A stretch of DNA of 64,000 nt, from contig CAWATZ010000006.1 of assembly GCA_963784995.1 (NCBI GenBank), positions 200,853-264,852 of the forward strand. The letters are read 5' to 3'. Of this stretch, positions 29,456-38,759 are shown one piece after another. The translations under genes were made by a program, and so were the position numbers. Under the pieces are notes generated by a model. It made no database searches and was not told the origin of the DNA. It saw only the letters and a list, made by a program, of their open reading frames with translations. Source of the stretch: an uncultured Planctomycetota bacterium (GTDB lineage Bacteria > Planctomycetota > Planctomycetia > Gemmatales > Gemmataceae). Position 1 is the first letter of the stretch; every line of letters starts with the position of its first letter.

Positions 29456-29482
29456 GAAACCCTTCGCTGGAACGGCCCACGC

Positions 29483-30283
29483 ATGACTCCATCCATGGTC
29501 GATCGCCGAGACGTCTTCTGGCTGCGCCTGGCCCTGGCCTTCATCTGGCTGGCGACGGGAGCGAGTGTGGTCTTTCCGGCGTATCAGCAGGTTGGCCGGG
29601 CCTACCTGCTCCATCTTCGGCTGGATACGCTGATGAGCGACCGGGTCATGGGAGCGACCTGCCTGTTCGAGGTGCTGCTGGGCCTGCGTTTGCTGCTGGG
29701 GCCCGCCGGAACGTGGATGGCACTGCTGCAAGCGGCGATGATTGTCGGTTTCACCGTCATCCTGGCGATTGTCGAACCCGCGCTGCTCTGGAGCCCATTC
29801 GGGATGCTGACCAAGAACGTGCCGCTGCTGGCCCTGGTGGGGACGGTCTGGATGGTGGAGGGCAACGGCTGGACGCCGGGAGCGTTGTGGCTGCTGCGCG
29901 GCGGCATGGCGTCCATCTGGCTGCTGGAGGGGCTCCTGCCGGCCCTGCTGTTCCAGTCCGAAACGCTGCGGGAAGTGCTGGAGTCGAACGGCCTTGCCTG
30001 GATCGATCCCGGCGTGGAGCTGCGGATCATCGCCGTGCTGCAAATCCTATCCGCCGTGGCGGTGCTGGTGCTCCGCGGCTGGCCGCTGCGGCTCTTGCTG
30101 GGCTGCCACATTGTTGGCTTGGTCGCCATTTGTGTACTGATCGGCCGCTACGATAACGCGATGCTCGTGCATCCGTTCGGCCCGGTGACCAAGAACGTCT
30201 CGATCCTGATCGGCACCGTGGTGGTCCTGCGGCGGGTGAGCCTGCCAGTAACCCCTGGTGCGAAAGACCCAGCTCACCAGTAA
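29483..30283 (+). CDS. DoxX-like family membrane protein (two DoxX-like halves)
   Basis: Repeated SPFGMLTKNVPLL / HPFGPVTKNVSIL motifs. 6-8 TM helices. Confidence 0.6.
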   Translation: MTPSMVDRRDVFWLRLALAFIWLATGASVVFPAYQQVGRAYLLHLRLDTLMSDRVMGATCLFEVLLGLRLLLGPAGTWMALLQAAMIVGFTVILAIVEPALLWSPFGMLTKNVPLLALVGTVWMVEGNGWTPGALWLLRGGMASIWLLEGLLPALLFQSETLREVLESNGLAWIDPGVELRIIAVLQILSAVAVLVLRGWPLRLLLGCHIVGLVAICVLIGRYDNAMLVHPFGPVTKNVSILIGTVVVLRRVSLPVTPGAKDPAHQ

Positions 30284-30909
30284 ATGACGGTATCGGGCAC
30301 GTCGAAGGCGTCGCGCGCGATCAGGGTGGCGATGGCGTGGGCAATGCGTGCGCCGCCGCTGGACGAGGGTTCGATGGCGTTGGCGAAGTCGCTATCGGCC
30401 CGGCAGGTCTTGCGGAGGTCGAGCAGGGGCAGACCACGCTCGATGGCCTGCCGGAGAATCACGTCGTTAAACACCGACAGGGCAGTGACCGCCAGGCGCT
30501 GCTCCACCGGGTTGGCATAACGCGGTTCCCAGATGGTGCAGAGGGCGATCGGGCAGTCCACGGCGAGGACGGCATCGAGCATGGCGGCGTAATCGGAGGC
30601 GAACTCGGTCTGGATGTCGGCCAGCCGCTGGACCACCGCGGCAGCAGAGCGAGCGGATTCGCCGAGGACGCTCTTGTTGAAGAGAGCGTTGTTGCCCCCG
30701 ACACTGACGACCAGGTGGCTCCTGCTGGCTGGCAGATCGCGCATCTGCATGGGGACGTCGTGAGTGGTGCTGCCATCCTGGGCCCGGAGCGTGGCCCGCC
30801 AGCCGGCTGGCAGCGCCTGCCGCAGCCAGGCAATGAGCGGCGTGCCGCGCGGACCAACGTAGGCCGCGTTGTCGAAGATCGAATCGCCGAGCAGGACCAC
30901 GTGACTCAT
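30274..30909 (-). CDS. SGNH/GDSL hydrolase family protein
   Basis: VVLLGDSIFDN block I, GGNN block, DxxH region. Start taken at MSHVVLLGDS. Confidence 0.7.
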   Translation of the reverse strand: MSHVVLLGDSIFDNAAYVGPRGTPLIAWLRQALPAGWRATLRAQDGSTTHDVPMQMRDLPASRSHLVVSVGGNNALFNKSVLGESARSAAAVVQRLADIQTEFASDYAAMLDAVLAVDCPIALCTIWEPRYANPVEQRLAVTALSVFNDVILRQAIERGLPLLDLRKTCRADSDFANAIEPSSSGGARIAHAIATLIARDAFDVPDTVIYW

Positions 30910-31075
30910 GGCAGCATTCCTTGCAAAGGGCCCGCCACGCGGTCCGGGCAGTTGTGCCGGGTGGAGGCGCATCCAACTTACCGGCGACAGGGGGAGCCGT
31001 CAAAACAAAACTCGGAAGATTTGAAGAAGTCTGAAAAAAGTCGCTGCGCCCCTACCGGAACAGGGAACCCACTCC

Positions 31076-32083
31076 ATGAGCCCGAGGCCACGCATCGTCT
31101 GGTCGCCGCGTTACGATTTCTGGGTTCCGGTGCCCGGCCTGCAGCGGTTGCATCCGTTCGACGCCCGGAAATTCAGCCGGGTCCACCGCGAGCTGCGCCG
31201 CCGCTTCCCGGGTCAGCTGGATGGCTGGGTCACCTCACCGGCAGCGCCGGCTTCACGGGCTTACCTCGAAGAGGTGCATGATCCGGAATATCTGGATCGG
31301 CTGAATTCGTTCGAGGTCGTCTGCCGGGTGCTGGAGCTGCCGGGCCGGCTGCGCTGGTGGTTGACCCTGTTCCAGCGGTTGATGCCGTACTGGCGGCTGG
31401 GCTCGCTGATCCTGAAGCCGATGCTGTGGGGCACGATGGGAACGCTCCGAGCCGCCGAGCTGGCCCTGGAGCATGGCAGCGCGGTGAACCTCTCGGGCGG
31501 CTATCACCACGCCTGGCCCGATCATGGCGAAGGGTTCTGCTTCTTCGCCGACGTGGCCCTCGCCGTGCGGCATCTGTGGCGAACCGGCGAGCTGGGGCCG
31601 AGCGACCGGGTGCTGTACGTCGATCTGGACGCCCACCAGGGCAACGGCGTGGAGCGGGCTTTTTACGATGAGCCGCGGGTCTGCATCTACGACCAGTACA
31701 ACGCGGCGAATTTCCCGGGCGACAGCTACGCCCGCAGCCGGATCAACGAGGACGTGCCGCTGGACTGGGGCACGACAACCGAGCAATACCTGGCGATCCT
31801 GCGGCGCCGGCTGACCGATTACGTCAACGAGCTGGTCGCGACCGACCGGCCCCGGCTGGCGATTTACAACGCCGGGACCGACGTCTATGAAGGGGATGCC
31901 CTCGGAGGATTGGCCGTTTCCCGCCAGGGCGTGCTGGAGCGGGATCGGTTTGTCTTTGACACGCTGACCCAGGCCGGAATACCCTGGGTTATGGTCCTGA
32001 GCGGCGGCTACAGCGCGGAGAGTTACTTGTTGGTGGCCGAGAGTGTCTGTTATCTGATTGAGCAATGGCAGAAAGCGGAATGA
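31076..32083 (+). CDS. Histone deacetylase superfamily protein (HDAC/AcuC-like amidohydrolase)
   Basis: SGGYHHAWPDHGEGFCFFADVA and DLDAHQGNG motifs. Confidence 0.8.
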   Translation: MSPRPRIVWSPRYDFWVPVPGLQRLHPFDARKFSRVHRELRRRFPGQLDGWVTSPAAPASRAYLEEVHDPEYLDRLNSFEVVCRVLELPGRLRWWLTLFQRLMPYWRLGSLILKPMLWGTMGTLRAAELALEHGSAVNLSGGYHHAWPDHGEGFCFFADVALAVRHLWRTGELGPSDRVLYVDLDAHQGNGVERAFYDEPRVCIYDQYNAANFPGDSYARSRINEDVPLDWGTTTEQYLAILRRRLTDYVNELVATDRPRLAIYNAGTDVYEGDALGGLAVSRQGVLERDRFVFDTLTQAGIPWVMVLSGGYSAESYLLVAESVCYLIEQWQKAE

Positions 32084-32209
32084 AGCTTGCCAACAGAGGC
32101 GTTTCTGGGGAAGGATCTGGGACTTTGCAAGAAGACCGCCGGGATAAACCCGGCGGCTCATTGGGGCGTGAGGAGAACAAGACTCACTCTCCTCGGTCTC
32201 CCCGCAAGA

Positions 32210-33073
32210 CTAACGCCCTCGGTTCGCCAGCAGCGCCCGGACGGCCGCGGTCATGCGTGGGTTTGACAGCAGCTCCGCCAGGTCGCGCTCCAGCACGTTC
32301 CGCAGCAGGTCCAGCGGCCCCCGGCCGGCCACCAGCCGGGCCAGGGCGGCGTCGGCGTCCTTCTTCAGCTTCTCCAGGTCGGTCTCGCGGGAGCGCCGGC
32401 CCGCCTCCAGCAGGGCTGTCACCGCTTCTACCGCTCGTTTGTGTTCGGCCTCGCGCACCCCGGCCAGCAGGTCGGCGGCCTCCTCCGCTGCCTCGTCGCG
32501 CAACTCCTTCCACGCCTCGGCTGCCAGCGACCGGCCCTTGACTCCGGCCGTCAGGATCAGCATCCGCAGGTCGGGAACCTCCTCACGCTCGGCCAGGAAG
32601 TGCATCACTTGCCGGGGCGTCAGCAGCCGCAGGAACTCGCCCGCCAGGGGGCGGGCACGGGCGCTGATCTCGATCCCATCATCCAGGTCCGGGTGTTCCT
32701 CCGTTTCCAGCTCGTCCAGCCGATCGTGCATTGCATCGATCTCCTTCTCCGCGCCGAGGATCAGCGCGGCCCGCAGATCGACCAAGGCCTTGCGGTAACG
32801 GCCGGTCACCTTCGTCGGCTGACGCATGTCTTTGCCGGCAGCCAATCCTCCGGTCCGGGCCAGCACCTGAAGCTGTTCCGGGGTTACCTGGAGCCGATGC
32901 AGCATCTTCAGCGCGGCCACCTCCAGACTCAGCTCATTCAGGTCGGTTGGACCGGCCGGGACCGCCTTGCTCGGAGGTTGGGCGGGCGCGGCCCCCGCCA
33001 GGCCCACAAGCCCCGCAAGACCAGCGAACAGGACACCAAGCAGTGCAAGCGTTCGGACTGTGCGATCGTCCAT
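32210..33073 (-). CDS. Hypothetical secreted protein
   Basis: Signal peptide after MDDRTVRT. Charged, alpha-helical. No motif recognised. Confidence 0.4.
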   Translation of the reverse strand: MDDRTVRTLALLGVLFAGLAGLVGLAGAAPAQPPSKAVPAGPTDLNELSLEVAALKMLHRLQVTPEQLQVLARTGGLAAGKDMRQPTKVTGRYRKALVDLRAALILGAEKEIDAMHDRLDELETEEHPDLDDGIEISARARPLAGEFLRLLTPRQVMHFLAEREEVPDLRMLILTAGVKGRSLAAEAWKELRDEAAEEAADLLAGVREAEHKRAVEAVTALLEAGRRSRETDLEKLKKDADAALARLVAGRGPLDLLRNVLERDLAELLSNPRMTAAVRALLANRGR

Positions 33074-33130
33074 TTCGGCTCCCTTCACGTGGATCAAACG
33101 GATCGGATGACGGAATCGAGGATCGGTTGG

Positions 33131-33472
33131 TTAGCGCCGCAGCAGGGATTGCAAATCCTGCTCGGCCTGCTGGAGGTCCTTCTGCGCATTTCTCAGGACC
33201 TGGTTGCGGTTCGTGTTCTGGCGATTCTTGCCGTTCTTGCCGTTCTTGCCGCGCTTGCCGCGCTTGTGGTGTTTGCGGTGCTTGCGCTGCGTTTGTTGCT
33301 TCCGCAGCGTTTGTTGCTTCCGCTGCTTCGTCGCCTGACCCTTCTGTTTCTTGACCGGCGTGGTTCGCGCCTTGCCGGCCGCCGGGGCCGCACTCGCCTC
33401 CTGGGTCGTGGACGCTCCGACGAAGAGCATCAGACCCAGAAGCACCACTGCCAGGATCTTCTTGTACGACAT
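33131..33472 (-). CDS. Small secreted highly basic (Lys/Arg/Gln-rich) protein encoded by tandem DNA repeats
   Basis: Signal peptide. KRGKRGKNGKNGKNRQN. The DNA holds ggcaagaac x3 and an 18-bp repeat x2. Confidence 0.4.
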   Translation of the reverse strand: MSYKKILAVVLLGLMLFVGASTTQEASAAPAAGKARTTPVKKQKGQATKQRKQQTLRKQQTQRKHRKHHKRGKRGKNGKNGKNRQNTNRNQVLRNAQKDLQQAEQDLQSLLRR

Positions 33473-33608
33473 GGTCGTTCCTCCCATGGGATCGGAGAGG
33501 ACCGGTCCCGACCTTGCGGGGCCTTCTGGTCCTCCCCTTGATCCTCAGCGACAACGGCGTGCGGAGAGTGCGCGCGGAAAGAGAGATTTGTCCAAACGGT
33601 TCGCGAGA

Positions 33609-36600
33609 TCAGTCGGGAGAAGAGAACTGGTGCGGGAACTCGCGGCGCAGCTGGGGCCAGAGGTCCTTGAAATACCCCGGCTCCGTGAGTTCCAGGCCGC
33701 CGCTGCGCGGCAGGAGCCGTTGTCCCGCCAGGGCGCGGGCCATCCAGACCAGGTCGTCGGCGGAGTGATTGTCCGACGTCAGCGGCCAGCGCGTCACGGT
33801 GCCGTCCCTGGTGCGCGTCAGGATAGCGTCCCCGGACCGGGTGAACACTGTCTCGGCCACCGGGCCGGCGTGGGGGAGGGGCGGGGTCACCGGCAAGCCG
33901 CTGTCCACGTCCCAGACAATCACGACGCCGTCGGTCTGGGCGGTGGCCAGCAAGTGCAGCGGCGCCGGGCCGAACACGGCCCGCTCGACCGGGTGGGGAT
34001 GGTGCAGCGACAGCTGGACCGGTTCGCCCGTCTCCGTCTGCCACAGTCCCACCTTGCCGTCCTTGAACCCGGCCAGGAACAGCTGGCCATCGTCGCGGAA
34101 AGCCAGGCAGGATGCCTCGGTCAGGCCCCGCTGCGCCGGGCCCAACTGCCGGCCCGTGGTCGCTTCGCGCATCTCGACCTGCCGGCGCTCCCGGATCAGG
34201 GCCAGGACAACGAACCGGCCGTCGGGACTCAGCTGCCGCAGGCCCGCCCGGCCTGCCGGGCCCCCCCCACCAGGGGCGGGGACCTTCGCGCTATGGACCA
34301 CCTTCCCCTCTGTGGTCCACTGCCGCAGTTCGTTGCCCTCATCGAGCACAAGCAGCCGGGGACGTTCCGGGTCGAAGGTCATTTGCCAGGGGACCGCGTT
34401 CAGCTTCAGGTCCGGGGAAGTCGGTTTGGCGGTCAGGGTGTCCCAGATGCGAACGGTCCTGTCTCCGGACGTGGCCAGCCAGCGGCCATCCCGGCTGAAG
34501 ACCGCCTGGGTCCAGATCAGCTGGCTGTTTGGTCCCGGCAGTGGGCGACCCTTGTGGCCGTCCCACAAGGACACCGTGCCGTCCGGGTGCTTCACCACCT
34601 GACAGTGGCCGTCGGGACTGAGAGCCAGCACCGAGCCGGGGGGCGCGGACGGGCCGGCCAGGACCTGGCGATTGCGAGGAGTCAGATTGTACACCTTCAC
34701 GGCCGAATCCATCGTGAGGACCACCAGACGCAGACCGTTCATGCTCAGACGGACCTCCTTGACCGGTGCGCCGACCTGGAGAGACGGAGTCAACGGCTCT
34801 CCCGTGAGGGCATTCCAGACCCGAGGGGCCGTGGCCGCCACAGTCACGATCCGGCGTCCGTCGCTGCTGAAGGCGGCGCGGCGCACCACGCCGGCGTGCG
34901 CCAGCACCGGCTCCTCCCGCAGGTGGCCTTTCAGGTCGCGCTGAAGCAGCTGAGGGCCGTGGGCCGTCAGGATCGTTCCCGTCTGGGGTCCCAGCAACTC
35001 GCCGGCCGGTTCCACGAGGTTGGTCAGGGTCCCGAATTCGAGTTTCCCGGTGGCGGCATCCCAGAGGCGAGACGGCCCCTTGTTGGGCACGGTCAGAAGG
35101 GACTTGCCATCCCCGCTGAAGGCCAGGGAGCGGATGCCCTGCTGCCCTTCGGGGCCCCCCGGGCGTAACTTCAGGACGGTGGAAGTCGGCAGCGGACCCG
35201 GGAACCCGGTCCAGATGCGCACCTCCTGCACGTGCTCGGCCGACGGGCCCGTCACCGCTGCCAGCGACCGGCCGTCCGGACTGAAGACGAGATGGAAGAT
35301 GCGGGCGCTGTGCTTCATAACGGCCGCGATGACCCTGCCGTTTCTGGGGTCGCGCACGGAGACGGTGTTGTCGCTGTCGGCCAGGGCCAGGCGCTTGCCG
35401 TCCGGGCTGAGGGCCAGCTGCTGCACCGGGTTGCTTGTCGGCTGCCAGGCCGTGGGCTGGCCGCTGGTCAGGTCCAGCAGTCTGGCATTGTCCTTCTCGT
35501 CCAGGTAGGCCAGCAGGGGCCAGCGGGCCGCCGTGACGGCGTGTCGGGCTTTGTCCGGCAGCGTCATCAGCTCACCGCTGCCGACCTTGCCGATCTGGAC
35601 CGTTCGGTCCTTGCCGAGCAGCACGACTTTCCGGGCTTCCGGGCTGAGCAGCACCGACTCGATCGGCCGCTCGGGGAACCAGGCCTGGATCAGCCGGGGA
35701 CAGCGCCGCAGGGCCTCGGCGATCCGCACCCGCTCCACCGCCGCGGCCCGGGGCTGGCGGCTTTCCAGCTGTAATGCCTCGGTCAACCACACCAGCGCCA
35801 CGGTCGGGTTGCCCGCCTCCAGTTCCTCCATCCCCTGGCCGACGTAGAGCCGGGCCAGCAAGGTGTTGTTGTCCTCGCGCAGCTGGTGCTCGCGCTCCAG
35901 GCCCGCCCGCAGGGTGAGCATGGCGTCCTCGTTCAAGGCACGCAAGTCCCGCTCTTCCTGGGCTTGCTTCTCCACCTGCTCGCGCAAGGCTTTCTCGGTG
36001 TCGGCCCGCCGGGCCTCCCGGTCGCGGTCGGCGACAACGTTGACCACGCCCAGGCTCAAGGCGATGGCCAGCAGCACCAGGCCCAGACAGGAGGCCAGCA
36101 GAATCCCGGCCGCCACCGGCCGGCGGCGAAACCAGTGCCGCAGCCGGCCGGCGCGGGTGGGCGGACTGATTGTCACCGGATCGCCGCGCCGCCAGTTTTC
36201 CAGGTCCTGAGCCAGCGCTGCCGCCGAGCGATAGCGCTGGGCCGGCTCCTTGTTCAGACAGCGCAGCACGATCTTTTCCAGGACGGGATCAACCCGGGCA
36301 TCGATCTGCCGGAGCGGCGTCGGTGGTTCCTCAACCGCCTTGAGGAGCGTGTCGAAAGGCGTTTCGCCAACAAACGGAGGCCGGCCCGCCAGCAGGAAGT
36401 ACAGGATCGCCCCCAGGCTGTAAACGTCGGCGGCCACCGTGAGCGGGAAGCGGGACGGAAAGGCCTGCTCCGGAGCCATGTAACAGGCGGTGCCGACAAT
36501 GCTCATCGACTGGGTGATCTGACTGGCCCGACGGAACACCTTGGCCAGCCCGAAGTCAGTGACCACCGGTTCGGGCGGATGGTCCCCGGCCTCCGCCGGC

Positions 36601-37292
36601 TCGGCCATCAGCAGGATGTTGGCCGGTTTCAGGTCGCGGTGCAGGACGCCCTGGTCGTGGGCATGCTGCACCGCCCGGGCCACCGTGGCCAGCAGCGCGG
36701 CGGCCAGTTGCTGCCGTTGCCGGAAGAGGCGGCTCGGCTGCTGCTGGCTGCCGGTCCAGCCCTGCCGTTCCGCCCACTGGGCGAGGTTGCCGCCGGCGAG
36801 GTACTGCATGCTGAAGTAGAGCTGCTGGTCGATCTCGCCGAACTCGTAAACGGTGACGATGTGCGGGCTGTCGAGCCGGCCAATGACCTCGGCCTCGGTC
36901 AGGAATCGCTGCCGGCCCTCGGCGTCGGTCAGCTCGGGGCGGATGGTCTTGATGGCGACGATGCGGTTGAGCGAGCGCTGCCGGGCCCGGTAGACAATGC
37001 CCATGCCGCCGCGAGCGATCTCTTGAAGCAGGTCGTAATCGCCCAGGCGCAGCAGCATCGGCCCATTCAGGTCGGGAGCCGTTGGAGGAGGGGCCGCGGG
37101 ATTGTTGGCCAGGGGCTGCAAGCACTGGCGATTGTCGAGGAAGCTTTCTAGCTCTTCGGCCAGGTCGGGGTGAGCGCGCAGCAGCGCGGCCCGATCAGGG
37201 GCCCGGCCGTTTTCGACCGCCTCCAGGTACTCGGCCAGCACTTCGTTGAGACGCTGCTCGCGCTGGGACGTCCGCGAACGGGTCACTCCCAT
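33609..37292 (-). CDS. Serine/threonine protein kinase with a C-terminal WD40 beta-propeller
   Basis: Kinase subdomains (GGMGIVYRA, HRDLKPANILL, DFGLAK), a TM segment, then multiple WD40-like repeats. Confidence 0.85.
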   Translation of the reverse strand: MGVTRSRTSQREQRLNEVLAEYLEAVENGRAPDRAALLRAHPDLAEELESFLDNRQCLQPLANNPAAPPPTAPDLNGPMLLRLGDYDLLQEIARGGMGIVYRARQRSLNRIVAIKTIRPELTDAEGRQRFLTEAEVIGRLDSPHIVTVYEFGEIDQQLYFSMQYLAGGNLAQWAERQGWTGSQQQPSRLFRQRQQLAAALLATVARAVQHAHDQGVLHRDLKPANILLMAEPAEAGDHPPEPVVTDFGLAKVFRRASQITQSMSIVGTACYMAPEQAFPSRFPLTVAADVYSLGAILYFLLAGRPPFVGETPFDTLLKAVEEPPTPLRQIDARVDPVLEKIVLRCLNKEPAQRYRSAAALAQDLENWRRGDPVTISPPTRAGRLRHWFRRRPVAAGILLASCLGLVLLAIALSLGVVNVVADRDREARRADTEKALREQVEKQAQEERDLRALNEDAMLTLRAGLEREHQLREDNNTLLARLYVGQGMEELEAGNPTVALVWLTEALQLESRQPRAAAVERVRIAEALRRCPRLIQAWFPERPIESVLLSPEARKVVLLGKDRTVQIGKVGSGELMTLPDKARHAVTAARWPLLAYLDEKDNARLLDLTSGQPTAWQPTSNPVQQLALSPDGKRLALADSDNTVSVRDPRNGRVIAAVMKHSARIFHLVFSPDGRSLAAVTGPSAEHVQEVRIWTGFPGPLPTSTVLKLRPGGPEGQQGIRSLAFSGDGKSLLTVPNKGPSRLWDAATGKLEFGTLTNLVEPAGELLGPQTGTILTAHGPQLLQRDLKGHLREEPVLAHAGVVRRAAFSSDGRRIVTVAATAPRVWNALTGEPLTPSLQVGAPVKEVRLSMNGLRLVVLTMDSAVKVYNLTPRNRQVLAGPSAPPGSVLALSPDGHCQVVKHPDGTVSLWDGHKGRPLPGPNSQLIWTQAVFSRDGRWLATSGDRTVRIWDTLTAKPTSPDLKLNAVPWQMTFDPERPRLLVLDEGNELRQWTTEGKVVHSAKVPAPGGGGPAGRAGLRQLSPDGRFVVLALIRERRQVEMREATTGRQLGPAQRGLTEASCLAFRDDGQLFLAGFKDGKVGLWQTETGEPVQLSLHHPHPVERAVFGPAPLHLLATAQTDGVVIVWDVDSGLPVTPPLPHAGPVAETVFTRSGDAILTRTRDGTVTRWPLTSDNHSADDLVWMARALAGQRLLPRSGGLELTEPGYFKDLWPQLRREFPHQFSSPD

Positions 37293-37293
37293 G

Positions 37294-37899
37294 TCAAGGT
37301 TCCTCCGCCCCGGCCAGCAATTCCCGCAACCGATGCAGTCCCCGGTGCAGCAGCCCGGCCACGGCCGGGCGGGTACAGCCGAGGGTCTCCGCCACCTCGA
37401 CCAGCGGCCGGCCCTGGAGATGGTGCAGCTCGACCGCCAGCCGTTGTTTCTCGGGAAGGGCCTGCAAGGCGCGGGTCAGCCGGACGACTTCCTCTTGCCG
37501 GACCATGCGGGCGCTGGGCGAACTCTGGTCGGCGGCCAGGAACGCCTCCAGCCGGGCCGAGGACTGGTCCATCTCGGCCTGCAGCGCCTTCTCCCGGCCC
37601 ACGTCCCGGCGAGCGCGGCCAAGCCGGCGCAGCTCGTCGGTGAGGTTGTTGGACAGGATGCGCCGCAGCAGCGGCAGATACTGGTCCGAGGGCGGGGCCA
37701 GTTCCTGCAACAGCTTGCAGGCCTCGAAGAGTGTCTGCTGGATGACACCGGACAGGTCCACCTTGCCCTGCCAGCGCTGCTCGACGTGCAGCCGGGCCAG
37801 CAAGGCCAGGTAATCACGGTAGGACTCCAGGTGTCGGGCCAACTCGTCGGCGGAGTCGCTCACGGTTCCCTCGCTGATGGCTTCCTGGGAAATGCACAT
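37294..37899 (-). CDS. ECF-type RNA polymerase sigma factor, 1 bp upstream of the kinase gene
   Basis: Sigma-70 region 2 (YRDYLALLARL) and region 4 (LPEKQRLAVELHHLQGRPLVEVAETLG). Confidence 0.8.
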   Translation of the reverse strand: MCISQEAISEGTVSDSADELARHLESYRDYLALLARLHVEQRWQGKVDLSGVIQQTLFEACKLLQELAPPSDQYLPLLRRILSNNLTDELRRLGRARRDVGREKALQAEMDQSSARLEAFLAADQSSPSARMVRQEEVVRLTRALQALPEKQRLAVELHHLQGRPLVEVAETLGCTRPAVAGLLHRGLHRLRELLAGAEEP

Positions 37900-37944
37900 T
37901 CTGATTGTACGAGGTTGGTTGGCGAGACCGCAAGATGCCCCGCA

Positions 37945-38043
37945 CCCAGGGCTCACGCCCTGGTCTATTGACTGCCGCCCCTTCGGGGCTGATTCTTAGC
38001 CCCGAAGGGGCGGCAGTCAATAGACCAGGGCGTGAGCCCTGGG
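37945..38043. repeat. Family-C palindromic element: perfect 46-bp stem, 7-nt loop, in the divergent promoter region upstream of the ECF sigma gene
   Basis: cccagggctcacgccctggtctattgactgccgccccttcggggct gattctt agccccgaaggggcggcagtcaatagaccagggcgtgagccctggg. Partial copies at 2647-2692 and 22612-22645. Confidence 0.85.
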
Positions 38044-38119
38044 GTGGTTTCCGGTTGACTCCATTGGCGAAGCCGCTATCGTCCGCCGGGATTTTGCTCC
38101 GACCCTGGAGGACACGGAC

Positions 38120-38560
38120 ATGAAACGAATCGGTATCCTTTGCAGCGTGGGTGGCTTGCTCATGGTGCTGGGCGTGGTCTGGCTGGGACCAGCCGACGCG
38201 CAGCCGGTGCCTCCTGGCGGTCCGGTATCGCCTCCTACCGCTCCCCTTCCCACGCCTGCTGTTTCAGTTCCGCAGCCCCCGCCTCCACCCGTAGATCAGA
38301 AACAACCCGACAACGTCTACGAGTTGCTCACCAAGCTGGCTTCCATCAAGGCCAAGAAGGCGGAACTGGACAAGGCCGAGAGCGAGACGATGGCCCTGCT
38401 AAAGAAGGAACTCTCGCAGTTGAAGCAACAATCCAAGAAGCTCGGAGTCAGTCTCGAGGAGGAACGCGAGTCCCAACCTGCGGTGGACCTGTCGTGTCCC
38501 AAGGGTCTGCTCCCCAGAATAGTTCCGGGGCTGGCTCCGCCTGCTGGTCCGGCAAGTTAA
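38120..38560 (+). CDS. Small secreted Pro-rich / coiled-coil protein
   Basis: Signal peptide, PPPP stretch, K/E-rich helix. Confidence 0.4.
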   Translation: MKRIGILCSVGGLLMVLGVVWLGPADAQPVPPGGPVSPPTAPLPTPAVSVPQPPPPPVDQKQPDNVYELLTKLASIKAKKAELDKAESETMALLKKELSQLKQQSKKLGVSLEEERESQPAVDLSCPKGLLPRIVPGLAPPAGPAS

Positions 38561-38605
38561 TTCACTGCTACTGTACACCTGCTTGCCCACCAACCACGTT
38601 TGCTC

Positions 38606-38634
38606 TTGACGACCCGGTGCGCGCCCGCTAGAAA
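38606..38634 (+). promoter_or_regulatory. Sigma-70-like promoter candidate (TTGACG-N17-TAGAAA) in the purA upstream region
   Basis: -35 at 38606-38611, 17-nt spacer, -10 at 38629-38634. Confidence 0.35.
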
Positions 38635-38667
38635 AAACCTGCCCACTTTGCGCATAACACCTTGACA

Positions 38668-38701
38668 GCCTGTGGCCTTGGGTCTCAGGCGTTTTTTCTT
38701 T
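38668..38701 (+). terminator. Hairpin plus T-run (gcctg...caggc gttttttcttt) about 35 nt downstream of the candidate promoter; possible attenuator or end of a short RNA
   Basis: 5-bp stem 38668-38690 followed by gttttttcttt. Confidence 0.3.
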
Positions 38702-38759
38702 GCGGTCGGGTCGCCGGCCTGTTCCGAGTCCGGACCGATCGGGAGCCAGGTAATTCTCC

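Noticed and set aside
35886-37151. 421-aa plus-strand ORF opposite the kinase gene
   Set aside because: Shadow ORF. The minus strand carries canonical kinase subdomains.
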